A stretch of DNA of 64,000 nt from contig MHCP01000030.1 in assembly GCA_001816655.1 (NCBI GenBank), positions 5,623-69,622 on the forward strand. The letters are read 5' to 3'. Position numbers and translations under genes: made by a program. This document shows, one piece after another, positions 1-9,878 of this stretch. The stretch is from Candidatus Woykebacteria bacterium RBG_13_40_15 (GTDB lineage: Bacteria; Patescibacteriota; Microgenomatia; Woykebacterales; RBG-16-39-9b). The notes under the pieces are model-generated. The model worked only from the letters and a program-made list of their open reading frames with translations. It was not told where the DNA came from and made no database searches. Within the stretch, counting starts at the first letter, position 1, and each line of letters opens with the position of its first letter.

Positions 1-199
1 AACCATTTTTCTTTAGGTAATCGAGAAAAATTCCAGCACCACAACCAATTTCCAAAATCTCCTTTCCTTTTAAATAAACTTTTATTGCCTTTAGTCTCTT
101 CTCATAACCCAATCGGTATGCTACTTTTGGGTTCTCAAGATATTCTAAGGCTAAATCTTCTTTTTCAGCGTTAACAGAAATAACTTGTTTATCGTACAT
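1..199 (-). CDS. class I SAM-dependent methyltransferase, N-terminal part (continues beyond window start)
   Basis: The minus-strand translation from the ATG at about 199 reads MYDKQVISVNAEKEDLALEYLENPKVAYRLGYEKRLKAIKVYLKGKEILEIGCGAGIFLDYLKKNG. The ILEIGCGAG glycine-rich segment is SAM-binding motif I. The ORF runs off the window edge. Confidence 0.55.
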   Translation of the reverse strand, partial: MYDKQVISVNAEKEDLALEYLENPKVAYRLGYEKRLKAIKVYLKGKEILEIGCGAGIFLDYLKKNG

Positions 200-335
200 C
201 TCTTTTAAGTATTTCCTGGTTGGCTTAGGATAAGTTGAAATTAAATTACAATTTAAGCATTTAACTACACTGTAGCCATTCACATTTTTGTAAACAGTCG
301 AAAAGTTTTTTGAATTACAAAGAATGCATGTAAAG

Positions 336-1268
336 CTAATCTTTTTTGAATTTACTTTCATAAATTCCCTTCAAATAACCACTAAACTCTGCTAGGTCGT
401 AAGTAACAGTTAGAATAGGTGCCAAAATGATGGTTTCAATTTTTGGAATCTTTCCCGCAACCCTCAAATCTCTTTTCAGGAAAAATAAAATTAACCCCAA
501 AAAAAAGATAACGAACAAATATTTGAACCAGAAACTTAAAATAAACAAACCCAATCCAAAAATATAAATTGAAAACTTTTTCAAATATGCTTGCCAGCTA
601 ATAAGATCTAAACCATCACCAATTGCGTAATTGTGATACTGCTTAAAAAACTCAATTAGATTACTTCTTGGTCTCCAGTAAACAACTGCTTTTGGCGCGA
701 AAACAAATTTGTAGCTTGATTTTTTTACGGCTATATCAAATGGTGTGTCTTCGTTGTAACGAGTGTACTCTGGGTAACCGCCTGCTTTTTCCCAAACCTC
801 CCTGCGAAAAGCTATAGAACGAGCTGATGGAAGCCAATTTTCAGGATCAATTTCTTCAGGACTTTGAGTCAGCATTGTTGAGTAAATTCTTTCAAAAAAG
901 GTTTCTGGTTTACTTTCGAAAAAGCCAGCTACGGCCATGACAGAGCTATCTTCAAAGGGCTTTATAATTTCGTTGAACCAATTTCGGTCTGCAACCGTAC
1001 CGCCATCTGTAACAGCGATAACAGAGTTTCTTGATTCCTTAATTGCCGCATTTCTACCGATAGATCGATTGCCTGGTTTAGTTATTAGTTTTATTAGTGC
1101 ACCATCTTTTATTAATTTTTTTACTTTCTCAACAGTACTATCCGTAGAACCACCATCACAAATTACAATTTCGTCTGGTTTAACAGACTGATTCAGTAAG
1201 GCCTGGATGAATTTTTCAATTGTTCCTTCCTCATTCAATACTGTTGTAACTATTGAAGCCTTGATCAT
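336..1268 (-). CDS. glycosyltransferase family 2 with C-terminal transmembrane segments
   Basis: The N-terminus has the GT-A pattern SIVTTVLNEEGTIEKFIQALLNQSVKPDEIVICDGGSTDST with a DxD-like AVTDGG. The C-terminus is hydrophobic. Confidence 0.85.
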   Translation of the reverse strand: MIKASIVTTVLNEEGTIEKFIQALLNQSVKPDEIVICDGGSTDSTVEKVKKLIKDGALIKLITKPGNRSIGRNAAIKESRNSVIAVTDGGTVADRNWFNEIIKPFEDSSVMAVAGFFESKPETFFERIYSTMLTQSPEEIDPENWLPSARSIAFRREVWEKAGGYPEYTRYNEDTPFDIAVKKSSYKFVFAPKAVVYWRPRSNLIEFFKQYHNYAIGDGLDLISWQAYLKKFSIYIFGLGLFILSFWFKYLFVIFFLGLILFFLKRDLRVAGKIPKIETIILAPILTVTYDLAEFSGYLKGIYESKFKKD

Positions 1269-2350
1269 AAAATTGATTTGTAGATATTCTCTACTTGATC
1301 AGTCGATTTTTCCCAGTCGAATCTTTTTATGTTCTCCTGGCCTAATTCAATTAGTTTTATTCTAAGGTTTTTATCCAGCAAAACCCGACTCATTGCCTCA
1401 GAAATTTCCTTTTCTGAATCCACATCTATTAACAAACCTCCTTTGCCTGTAATTTCCGGCAAAGAAGAATTATTTCCTGTTATAACAGCTGTTCCAGCCT
1501 TTTGCGCCTCCAAAACTGGAAACCCAAAACCCTCGTAAACGGATGGGTAAACTAAAGCTACCGCCGAGGCAAGAGTTCTTTCAAGGGAATCTTGATCCAA
1601 ATAGCCAGGAAATATAACATTATCTTTAATTCTCAAAGAATCAATAAGTGAATCGAACTGTCCTAAGTATTTCCCAACAATTAACAGGCTTATCTTTTCT
1701 CTTTTTCTCAATTCAGCAAAGGCTTTGATTAAATTTGGAATATTTTTTCTCGGATCGATACCGCCAAGATAAACAAAGTAAGGGCCGAATTTTTCTAAAT
1801 CTTGATTTATTTTCTTACCACAAACCTTAATTTTGTGATTAATTCCTGGGTAGCAAACTTCGGTTTTACCAGCCGACTTTGGAAAATATTTTTTTAAATC
1901 ATTACTTGTGTTTTCTGAGTCTGTCAGTACTTTTCTTGATTTTTTTACCGACGTAGTCATATTAAAATTATACAGAGGTTGGTCCAACAACTTGCTTTTT
2001 GCAGAAGAAAAATAACCTCCCCAAGCCTTCGGAATTACGTCATGAACTGTGAGAACGGACGGTATATTGGAGAAAACTGGCAGTCCAAAGTTCCAAGTCG
2101 CATGATAAATATCTGGCTTTTCCTTATTCAAAAATTTTGGCAAAATAATCTGTTCCCAATAAGTCCTGCTTTTTCCCTTAAGAATTTTTATAGAAATGTT
2201 GGAGTGCTTCGGAACAAAGTTTGGGATTGAGTGATAAAGCAGACTGACTTTGTATCCCCTCTCCGCCAATCTTAATGCGGTTTCAAGAACTATTCGTCCT
2301 ACTCCGGTAACTTCCAGACAGGCTGCTCTGGCATCAAAAAATATTTTCAT
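1265..2350 (-). CDS. glycosyltransferase family 4 (group 1 GT)
   Basis: The C-terminal EGFGFPVLEAQKAGTAVI motif is typical of GT4/GT-B enzymes. It overlaps the downstream GT2 by 4 nt, which suggests an operon. Confidence 0.85.
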   Translation of the reverse strand: MKIFFDARAACLEVTGVGRIVLETALRLAERGYKVSLLYHSIPNFVPKHSNISIKILKGKSRTYWEQIILPKFLNKEKPDIYHATWNFGLPVFSNIPSVLTVHDVIPKAWGGYFSSAKSKLLDQPLYNFNMTTSVKKSRKVLTDSENTSNDLKKYFPKSAGKTEVCYPGINHKIKVCGKKINQDLEKFGPYFVYLGGIDPRKNIPNLIKAFAELRKREKISLLIVGKYLGQFDSLIDSLRIKDNVIFPGYLDQDSLERTLASAVALVYPSVYEGFGFPVLEAQKAGTAVITGNNSSLPEITGKGGLLIDVDSEKEISEAMSRVLLDKNLRIKLIELGQENIKRFDWEKSTDQVENIYKSIL

Positions 2351-2369
2351 TATTAAAACCTATTAATAC

Positions 2370-3713
2370 TTAAAAATTGTTTTGTTTATCTGCTGTGCTT
2401 AACTCTGGTAATTTATTTGAAATATAAATACTATAGATAATTACAGCAAGGGAGCCAAAAATTGTCGATATAAGAAAGGTCAACGCAGCCCCCACACTCC
2501 CCATTCTAGGTATTAAAAGCAGATTAAGACCAAAAACAAGCGCTAATTGAATATAGTTGGTCAAGGTAATATAAGCGTTTTTATGCAAACTAAATATAAC
2601 AAGGCTAATTGGGTTTGCGATTGTAGCAATCATATACGAAATTGTAAGAATAGCAAAAGACGGCACTGCCTGGGAATACTTTGCTCCAAATACAATAGAA
2701 ATAACATATGGCGCGAGAATAATTAAAGGTAGTAGCAAAACTACAAAAGCAACAGACAAGGAAAATGTTTTTTTTATGTAACTAAAAAATTTTTCTTTTG
2801 TTCTTTCAATTTTAGAAGCTTTCGGATAAAGCACACTTGTGATAGCGCTTATGAATAGTGGAAAGATTGTTGATAATTGAAATGCAGCACTGTATATTCC
2901 AACCTCGCTACTTTGCCTGAAGTGGGAAAGCATCAATATATCTAGCCTTCCAGCCAAACTAGTCGCAAAAAAGGACAGCATAATCCATTTACTAAAATGG
3001 AAAACTTCTGAAAAAACACTTCTTTGTTCCGCAGCAGTCGATTTATTATAAAGGTAATCTTTTTTAACTAGTAAAAGCCCAATAAAAAATCCCAGTAAAG
3101 GTACCAAAGCGTAAACCCACAAAGCGTTTATTAAAGTAAACTTAGCAATTAAAATGAGGCCTAATATTGATAGAAATCGGAAAGTATTTATAACTATAGG
3201 AAATAAACTAAGACGGGTAAATTGCTCGTAAGTCTGAAAGGCTGCGGGAATAAAAGCCCCAATTGATAGACCAAACCCGCCAATTATCGCTAACCTAAGA
3301 GGGAAAACTAATTGTCCCGGATTGCTTGGTGAAAGAAGATGAGAAAGTGGACCGACTAGTAACATTCCAACGATAAGAATCAATAAACCGATTATTAACT
3401 CAAGTTTGAAAATTAAATTAACAAAGATTTTTGCTTTGTGGCTATCCCGTTCAAGATTTAAATTAAAAAATCTTACCAAGCTACTGCCAAGACCAAAATC
3501 GGTAAAACCAGCTATCAATGTGGCTAATGCCGTTGCTAAAGAAAAGATTCCGAAGGAAGCAGGACCAAGTGTTCTAGAAATTACAGCGATCGTAAAGAAT
3601 GTCACAATAGCTGCCAAAATATTGCCTGAAAAAACCAGACCTGTGTTTACTGCTGTTCTCGAGAAAACCAGAGAATAAATTTTTGGAAAGTGGGACCTAA
3701 AAGTTTCAAGCAT
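2370..3713 (-). CDS. polysaccharide biosynthesis protein / Wzx-like flippase (MOP superfamily)
   Basis: The 447-aa product is polytopic with about 12 hydrophobic segments. It sits inside a glycosyltransferase and epimerase cluster. Confidence 0.7.
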   Translation of the reverse strand: MLETFRSHFPKIYSLVFSRTAVNTGLVFSGNILAAIVTFFTIAVISRTLGPASFGIFSLATALATLIAGFTDFGLGSSLVRFFNLNLERDSHKAKIFVNLIFKLELIIGLLILIVGMLLVGPLSHLLSPSNPGQLVFPLRLAIIGGFGLSIGAFIPAAFQTYEQFTRLSLFPIVINTFRFLSILGLILIAKFTLINALWVYALVPLLGFFIGLLLVKKDYLYNKSTAAEQRSVFSEVFHFSKWIMLSFFATSLAGRLDILMLSHFRQSSEVGIYSAAFQLSTIFPLFISAITSVLYPKASKIERTKEKFFSYIKKTFSLSVAFVVLLLPLIILAPYVISIVFGAKYSQAVPSFAILTISYMIATIANPISLVIFSLHKNAYITLTNYIQLALVFGLNLLLIPRMGSVGAALTFLISTIFGSLAVIIYSIYISNKLPELSTADKQNNF

Positions 3714-4857
3714 TGAATTTTTTTAAAATTACCTTAACAATTCTACCTGAAGCTTTACCATCACCATAGGGGTTTATTGCCTTTGCCATTTTTTGATAAA
3801 CAGTCTTATCTTTTAATAGTATGTTAGCCTCTTTTACAATTTTCTTTGGGTCTACTCCGATAAGCTTTGCCGTACCAGCGATAACACCCTCTGGTCGCTC
3901 TGTTGTACGACGCAATACAAGAACGGGTTTACCTAGTGCCGGCGCTTCCTCCTGCAAACCCCCTGAATCCGTCATTACAAAATAGACTTTCTTCAAAAGA
4001 GCTGACATATCTGGATAATCTAGTGGTTTAACTAGATAGACTCTCTTATTTTGACCTAATACCTTGTTAGCACTTTCTTTAATTTTTGGGTTTGGGTGAA
4101 CTGGAAATATTACTTCAACATCTGGATTTTTATCGACTACTTCTTTAATCGCCTTATGGATTTTCTCAATTGTTTCTCCCCAGTTTTCCCTTCTGTGCGT
4201 AGTAACCAAAATTACTTTTTTTCTGAAATCTACTTTATTTAATGACTTGTCTAAAAACTTCCTTTCTTTTTCCGTCGCCAAAAAAAGCGCATCGATAACA
4301 GTGTTACCCGTGACAAAAATATTTTCTTTGGGGTGGTTTTCTCGCAGCAAATTGTCTTTTGCGGTCTCTGTATGAGCAAAGTAAATATCACAAAGCACGT
4401 CAATAAGTTGGCGATTCATTTCCTCCGGAAAAGGATCGTATTTGTTGTAGGTACGCAAGCCCGCTTCAATATGAGCAATCGGAATTTTTTGGTAAAACGC
4501 TGCAGTAGCTGCTGAAAAAGCAGTAGGCGTATCTCCTTGTATCAAAACCAAATCTGGCTTTTCATATTCCAAAATTCGCTCCAGTTTATTAAGTATATCT
4601 ACAGAAATTGTCGTTAATGTTTGCTCGGGCATCATAACACCCAAATCGTAATCTGGCTTTATCTTAAAAAATTTCAAAACTTGATCCAAAAGTTCCCTAT
4701 GCTGCGCGGTGACCACTACTTTGTGTTCTACGACTTTCCCTTCAAGTTTTTTTATAACCGGAGCCATCTTTATAGCTTCTGGCCTAGTCCCAAAAATGCT
4801 AAGGATTTTAGCTTTTTTCATGGTTGTATTGGATTTTAACAGAAGCCCATTTAACAA
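3706..4857 (-). CDS. wecB: UDP-N-acetylglucosamine 2-epimerase (non-hydrolysing)
   Basis: The N-terminus KILSIFGTRPEAIKMAPVIKKL and the later HIEAGLRT and DSGGLQEE motifs are characteristic of WecB/MnaA. Confidence 0.85.
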   Translation of the reverse strand: MLNGLLLKSNTTMKKAKILSIFGTRPEAIKMAPVIKKLEGKVVEHKVVVTAQHRELLDQVLKFFKIKPDYDLGVMMPEQTLTTISVDILNKLERILEYEKPDLVLIQGDTPTAFSAATAAFYQKIPIAHIEAGLRTYNKYDPFPEEMNRQLIDVLCDIYFAHTETAKDNLLRENHPKENIFVTGNTVIDALFLATEKERKFLDKSLNKVDFRKKVILVTTHRRENWGETIEKIHKAIKEVVDKNPDVEVIFPVHPNPKIKESANKVLGQNKRVYLVKPLDYPDMSALLKKVYFVMTDSGGLQEEAPALGKPVLVLRRTTERPEGVIAGTAKLIGVDPKKIVKEANILLKDKTVYQKMAKAINPYGDGKASGRIVKVILKKFNA

Positions 4858-4916
4858 TCAACCAAGTTTAAAATAACTGTTGCAGATTTTTTACCGATAT
4901 CTTATAATTTTTATTC

Positions 4917-5156
4917 ATGAGGAACAAAGACTATCTCTCCATATTTACTTTAATACTTGCACTCTTGATCCTTTCAACCAAAGAGGCCTATGCTTACCTT
5001 GACCCTGGGACAGGCAGCTATATCCTCCAAATACTTATTGCTGGTATATTGGGTGGCCTAGTTGCTATTAGAGCCTTCTGGTCTAATATCAGAGATTTTG
5101 TAAAAGGTTTGTTTAAAAAAGACAAAAAATCTGCTCGCAAGAAAAATGGCAAGTAA
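4917..5156 (+). CDS. small membrane protein, hypothetical
   Basis: The 79-aa product has two hydrophobic segments and a lysine-rich C-tail. It overlaps the next ORF start by 11 nt. Support is weak. Confidence 0.35.
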   Translation: MRNKDYLSIFTLILALLILSTKEAYAYLDPGTGSYILQILIAGILGGLVAIRAFWSNIRDFVKGLFKKDKKSARKKNGK

Positions 5157-6534
5157 TCTAGCCTCATCCTCCTTCCGAGACCCATCTGGTTTTGTGTTTA
5201 AGAAGAACAATGTAATCTACCGACAAATAAGTAAGGATTATAAGGAAAACTATGACTATTTAATTAGCTCTGGTTTATACAAAAAGTTAGTTGACGAAGG
5301 TTTGCTGATTCCTCACAAAGAAGTTTCTGAAAATTACTCGCAAAAAGCAGACGCCTACAAAGTTATAAAACCAAAAGAAGTAAGTTTTATCTCTTACCCA
5401 TATGAATGGTGTTTTAGCCAACTGAAAGATGCAGCCCTACTTACATTAAAAATCCAACGGATTTCTCTTGATCACGGCATGTCCTTGAAAGACGCAAGTG
5501 CTTTTAATATACAATTTGTTGAGGGGAAGCCTGTTATAATCGATACTTTATCCTTCGAAAAATACCCTGAAGGGAAACCATGGGTGGCTTATAAACAGTT
5601 TTGCCAGCATTTTTTAGCCCCACTAGCTCTGATGTCTTATACAGATATAGGACTTAATAAATTAGCCCAAATTTATATTGACGGGGTACCTTTGGATCTA
5701 GCCTCAAAGCTGTTGCCTTTCAGATCAAAACTAAAACTAGCACTGTTAATTCATATACATTTGCATGCCGCAAGTCAAAAAAGATACGCTGATAAAAAAC
5801 TAAAAAGTGGTTCGCTTAATTTTAGTCGCAACTCCTTTATTGGTTTGGTAGATAGCCTAGAAAGCGCTATTAAAAATTTAAAATGGAAACCATCAGGTAC
5901 CGAATGGGCAGATTATTACCCTTCAAATAATAACTACGTTTCAGTCTCTTTAAAACAAAAGGGAAAACTCGTCAGCGATTTTCTAAAAATAGCTAAACCG
6001 AAAAACGTCTGGGACATTGGAGGAAACACTGGGCTATTTAGCCGAATTGCTTCCGATAAAGGAATCCAAACAATTTCTTTTGACATAGATCCTGCGGCAG
6101 TTGAACTAAACTACCAAGAAGTTGTAAGAAGAAATGAGCCTAATATTTTGCCGCTTGTAATTGATCTAACAAATCCCAGCCCAGCCATAGGTTGGGTAAA
6201 CAATGAAAGAGAGGCTTTTCTAGATCGCGGCCCTACGGACATGGCTCTGGCTCTCGCTCTTGTACATCATCTTGCTATTTCAAACAACGTACCTTTAGCT
6301 AATCTAGCTGAATTTTTTTCCGTACTTTGCAAAAGTATTATAATAGAATTTGTCCCAAAGGAAGACTCCCAAGTTAAGAAGCTACTTTCTACTAGGGAAG
6401 ATATTTTTCCTAATTACACGCAAAGTGATTTCGAAAAAGAATTTACTAAATTTTTCAAAATAAAAAAATCAGTACCTATAAAAGGCAGCCAAAGAGTCTT
6501 GTACTTAATGACCAATGGTAAAAAGGACAAGTAG
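5146..6534 (+). CDS. bifunctional-looking protein: N-terminal protein-kinase-like fold domain plus C-terminal class I SAM-dependent methyltransferase
   Basis: The C-terminal region has the methyltransferase motif VWDIGGNTGLFSRIA followed by an acidic FDIDP. The N-terminal half has a kinase-like catalytic pattern, LKDASAFN followed by VIID, which resembles the D-x4-N plus DFG-like Asp of phosphotransferases. Confidence 0.55.
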   Translation: MASNLASSSFRDPSGFVFKKNNVIYRQISKDYKENYDYLISSGLYKKLVDEGLLIPHKEVSENYSQKADAYKVIKPKEVSFISYPYEWCFSQLKDAALLTLKIQRISLDHGMSLKDASAFNIQFVEGKPVIIDTLSFEKYPEGKPWVAYKQFCQHFLAPLALMSYTDIGLNKLAQIYIDGVPLDLASKLLPFRSKLKLALLIHIHLHAASQKRYADKKLKSGSLNFSRNSFIGLVDSLESAIKNLKWKPSGTEWADYYPSNNNYVSVSLKQKGKLVSDFLKIAKPKNVWDIGGNTGLFSRIASDKGIQTISFDIDPAAVELNYQEVVRRNEPNILPLVIDLTNPSPAIGWVNNEREAFLDRGPTDMALALALVHHLAISNNVPLANLAEFFSVLCKSIIIEFVPKEDSQVKKLLSTREDIFPNYTQSDFEKEFTKFFKIKKSVPIKGSQRVLYLMTNGKKDK

Positions 6535-8155
6535 GCTAAAAATCCCGAAAAAATATAATCAAGTTGTAAAAACTATACAAAATTCAGGGGCTAAAATTTT
6601 CTTATTTCCTTTTCACCCAATCTTATTTGCCATTTACCCAATATTGTTTTTATATAACCAGAACATAAAAGAAGTTTATTTATCCGAAACAATAATTCCC
6701 TTATCAATCTCATTAATCTCTGCCACAATTATTTTGGTGAGCTTTAATTTCGTCTTCAAGAGTATAAACAAGGCAGCTTTTTTTTCTTCTTTGTTCATAA
6801 TTATATTCTTTTCTCACGGCCATCTTCATAAATTAATTGGGGAAAGGCCCTTCTGGATCTGGTCTTTCAAAATAGGCGTGGACAAGACTTTATTTTTTGT
6901 TTGGGTTTTATTGCTCACCTCTACAATTTTTTTTCTTTTGAGAACAAGAAAGAAATTGTTGACATTTAAAATCACTTTAAATATTGTTGCTATCTTCCTT
7001 GTTTTAATACCCCTATCGAGTATTACTTTGTATGAATTGTCGTCTGGAAGAATCTTAAAGAGAGGCTATTCCGAAAAAACGGCAAAGGAGTTAACAGAAG
7101 ATAAAAGAAACCCCGCCGGTAAAAACCCTGACATATATTACTTAATATTTGATTCTTACGCTGGTAATGATACTATCGAAGGCCTTTATAAATATGATAA
7201 CAGTAGCTTTATGAACTTCCTAAAAGAAAGGGGATTTTATATAGCTACAAAAAGTAACGCAAATTATGCTAAATCATCTCTCTCCTTAGCCTCTTCTCTA
7301 AACATAATGTTCCTCAACGATTTAAGCCAGAGGGCGGGTAATAACTCAAGCGAAACCTTACTTTATCCTTTGATTGAAGACAACAAAGTGGTTTCGTTTT
7401 TAAAATCCGCAGGGTACAACTACTACCATGTAGGGTCTTGGTGGCCCCCCACAAGCAAAAATAGAAATGCGACAAAGAGTTATCAACCAAATGGTGTTTC
7501 ATATTCAGATAATTTTTCTTCTAGATTAATCGACACTACTGCCCTGCTCCCTATAATAAGAGTTCTTTTCCCAAATACTGTTTATTGGGATGATTGGGAA
7601 AGACATTACAAAATAGCTATATTTCAACTTAATACTCTTGAAACAGTAGTTAATAAAAGAGGGCCGAAATTTGTCTTTGCCCACGTCCTACTACCCCATG
7701 GGCCGTTTGTTTTTGGAAAAAATTGTGAATACGTATCAAGAGGGCAACTGGAAAAGAAACCGTCTCGAAATGGCTATTTAGATCAGTTGTCTTGCACTAA
7801 CAAAAAAATCGAGACCCTTGTCGATAAAATACTAGAAGTATCAAAAGAGCCGCCTATAATCATATTGCAAGCTGATGAGGGCGGACCATTCATTAAATAC
7901 AAAAATAATGGAAATAATTATAAGGATTTTAATGACGAGACCCTAAAAGAAAGATATCGGATCATAAACGCTTACTATCTCCCAGGTGTTAAGGATAATC
8001 ATTTGTATAGTACAATAACGCCGGTAAATTCTTTTCGTCTTATCTTTAATCTATATTTTGATAAAAAACTTGATCTTCTTCCAGATAAAAGCTACGCCTA
8101 TGAAAACCTTGACCATCTTTATAAATTTTTTGAGATAACTGAAAGGATAAACTAG
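6515..8155 (+). CDS. membrane-anchored protein with large extracytoplasmic domain, putative alkaline-phosphatase-superfamily (sulfatase/LtaS/EptA-like) enzyme; tandem paralog 1
   Basis: The N-terminus has about 5 TM segments. After it come PDIYYLIFDSYAGNDT, FVFAHVLLPHGPFVFG and IILQADEGGPF. It shares all of these motifs with the neighbouring paralog at 8251..9864. Confidence 0.4.
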   Translation: MVKRTSRLKIPKKYNQVVKTIQNSGAKIFLFPFHPILFAIYPILFLYNQNIKEVYLSETIIPLSISLISATIILVSFNFVFKSINKAAFFSSLFIIIFFSHGHLHKLIGERPFWIWSFKIGVDKTLFFVWVLLLTSTIFFLLRTRKKLLTFKITLNIVAIFLVLIPLSSITLYELSSGRILKRGYSEKTAKELTEDKRNPAGKNPDIYYLIFDSYAGNDTIEGLYKYDNSSFMNFLKERGFYIATKSNANYAKSSLSLASSLNIMFLNDLSQRAGNNSSETLLYPLIEDNKVVSFLKSAGYNYYHVGSWWPPTSKNRNATKSYQPNGVSYSDNFSSRLIDTTALLPIIRVLFPNTVYWDDWERHYKIAIFQLNTLETVVNKRGPKFVFAHVLLPHGPFVFGKNCEYVSRGQLEKKPSRNGYLDQLSCTNKKIETLVDKILEVSKEPPIIILQADEGGPFIKYKNNGNNYKDFNDETLKERYRIINAYYLPGVKDNHLYSTITPVNSFRLIFNLYFDKKLDLLPDKSYAYENLDHLYKFFEITERIN

Positions 8156-8250
8156 CTAAACCAAGACAGGTTTGAAGTAATCTCGCAACTTGTTTAGAAT
8201 AAAAATTCTTTATCAGTTTAAATATTAGCGACTTACCTAACTAGCAACAA

Positions 8251-9864
8251 ATGACAAGAACACAAAACAGGATTAAAACTTCGTACAATTATTCCCAAAT
8301 TTTAAAAGGCGCCCAGTCTTTTGGAAACAAAATTTTGTCTTTTCCTTTTCACCCATTTCTTTTCGCCCTATTTCCCATTTTGTTTTTCTATTCAATTAAT
8401 ATAAAGGAGGCTATTTTTAGTGAAGCGATTCCTGTTTTAGCAATATCGATTGTCGCAACTGCTGTTTTATTTGCAATCTTTAGTTTTAGTGTCAAGAACG
8501 TTCAAAAAAGTGCTATCCTGTTATCGACCATAATTTTAGAATTTTTTTCCTACGGCCACGCAAGCAAAGTGATTGGAACTATAAACTTCAAGCTATTTAT
8601 ATTCCCCATTGGTAACGACAAAATTCTTTTTAGTATCTGCGTCTTGGTACTTGCCGTAGTAATATATTTTTTGTTTGCCAAAAGACTCAGCTATTTTAAA
8701 GCTACGAGAGTATTAAATATCATTTCAATAATCCTTGTATCTATTTCACTTTTTAACATTATCTCTTATCACTTAAGTCAAAGGGATTTTAATCTTCCGA
8801 TACAAAAAACAAAAATACTTGGACAATCAACGGTTTCAAATAACAAACCAGACATCTACTATATTATTTTGGATAGGTATGCTGGCGAAAAAACATTAAA
8901 AAGTTACAATTACGACAATAGCGATTTTACAAATTATCTAACCAGCAAGGGCTTTTTTGTTACTGAAGAGAGTACCAGCAATTACCCAAGAACCTCACTT
9001 TCGCTTGCTTCATCACTGAATATGGATTTCGTTCAAAACCTGATAGGAGGGCGGAACAGAGACGCTTCCGGGGAAAATTTGATGTACCCACTTTTGCAGG
9101 ATAACACCGTAGAAAAATTTTTGAAATCTCAGGGTTATAAATATTTTCACTTTGGGTCGTGGTGGGAACCAACGAAAGTAAACAAAAATGCTGATAAAAA
9201 CTTTTATCTGGAAGCAACAAGCTTCATAAAGCCAGGCGAATTTACAAGTAAGTTTCTAAGTACCACAATGGCCGAACCAATTATCGAACTAGTGTCTCCG
9301 AAAACAATACTTGATGAACCAATGAACCACCGAAATCGAATTTATTTACAGTTTGAAAAGTTACCAACAGTTGTTTCCGAAAAAGGGCCAAAATTTGTTT
9401 TTGCCCACATTTTAATCCCACACCCACCATATGTTTTTGGAAAAAAATGCGAAGAAAAAACCCAAGAACAAGCTAAAAAAGAGACTGAGATGGAAAATTA
9501 CAAAGAACAATTAAGTTGCGCCAATATCAAGGTAAAAAAATTGGTGTATGAGATACTAAAAAAATCAAAAAATCCCCCAGTAATAATTTTGCAAGCAGAT
9601 GAAGGCCCATATCCAATCAAAAATGGCGGTAAAACAGCAGCAAGTAACGAATGGCTCAAGGAAAAATTTCCTATCTTAAATGCTTATTATCTAGCAGGGA
9701 AAAAAGTAGATATTCCAAATGATATTACCCCTGTTAACTCATTTCGGTTGGTATTCAATGTCTTTTTTGACACCAATTTAAAGTTTTTTCCCAACAAGAA
9801 CTATATGTACGAAAGTCTCAACCACCTTTATAGGCTCACCGAAGTTACTGATAAACTGAAGTAA
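8251..9864 (+). CDS. membrane-anchored putative sulfatase-like protein; tandem paralog 2
   Basis: It has the same architecture and the motifs PDIYYIILDRYAGEKT, FVFAHILIPHPPYVFG, VIILQADEGPYP and TPVNSFRLVFNVFFD. It is collinear with the 6515..8155 paralog. Confidence 0.4.
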   Translation: MTRTQNRIKTSYNYSQILKGAQSFGNKILSFPFHPFLFALFPILFFYSINIKEAIFSEAIPVLAISIVATAVLFAIFSFSVKNVQKSAILLSTIILEFFSYGHASKVIGTINFKLFIFPIGNDKILFSICVLVLAVVIYFLFAKRLSYFKATRVLNIISIILVSISLFNIISYHLSQRDFNLPIQKTKILGQSTVSNNKPDIYYIILDRYAGEKTLKSYNYDNSDFTNYLTSKGFFVTEESTSNYPRTSLSLASSLNMDFVQNLIGGRNRDASGENLMYPLLQDNTVEKFLKSQGYKYFHFGSWWEPTKVNKNADKNFYLEATSFIKPGEFTSKFLSTTMAEPIIELVSPKTILDEPMNHRNRIYLQFEKLPTVVSEKGPKFVFAHILIPHPPYVFGKKCEEKTQEQAKKETEMENYKEQLSCANIKVKKLVYEILKKSKNPPVIILQADEGPYPIKNGGKTAASNEWLKEKFPILNAYYLAGKKVDIPNDITPVNSFRLVFNVFFDTNLKFFPNKNYMYESLNHLYRLTEVTDKLK

Positions 9865-9878
9865 ATAAAAAATTTAGC

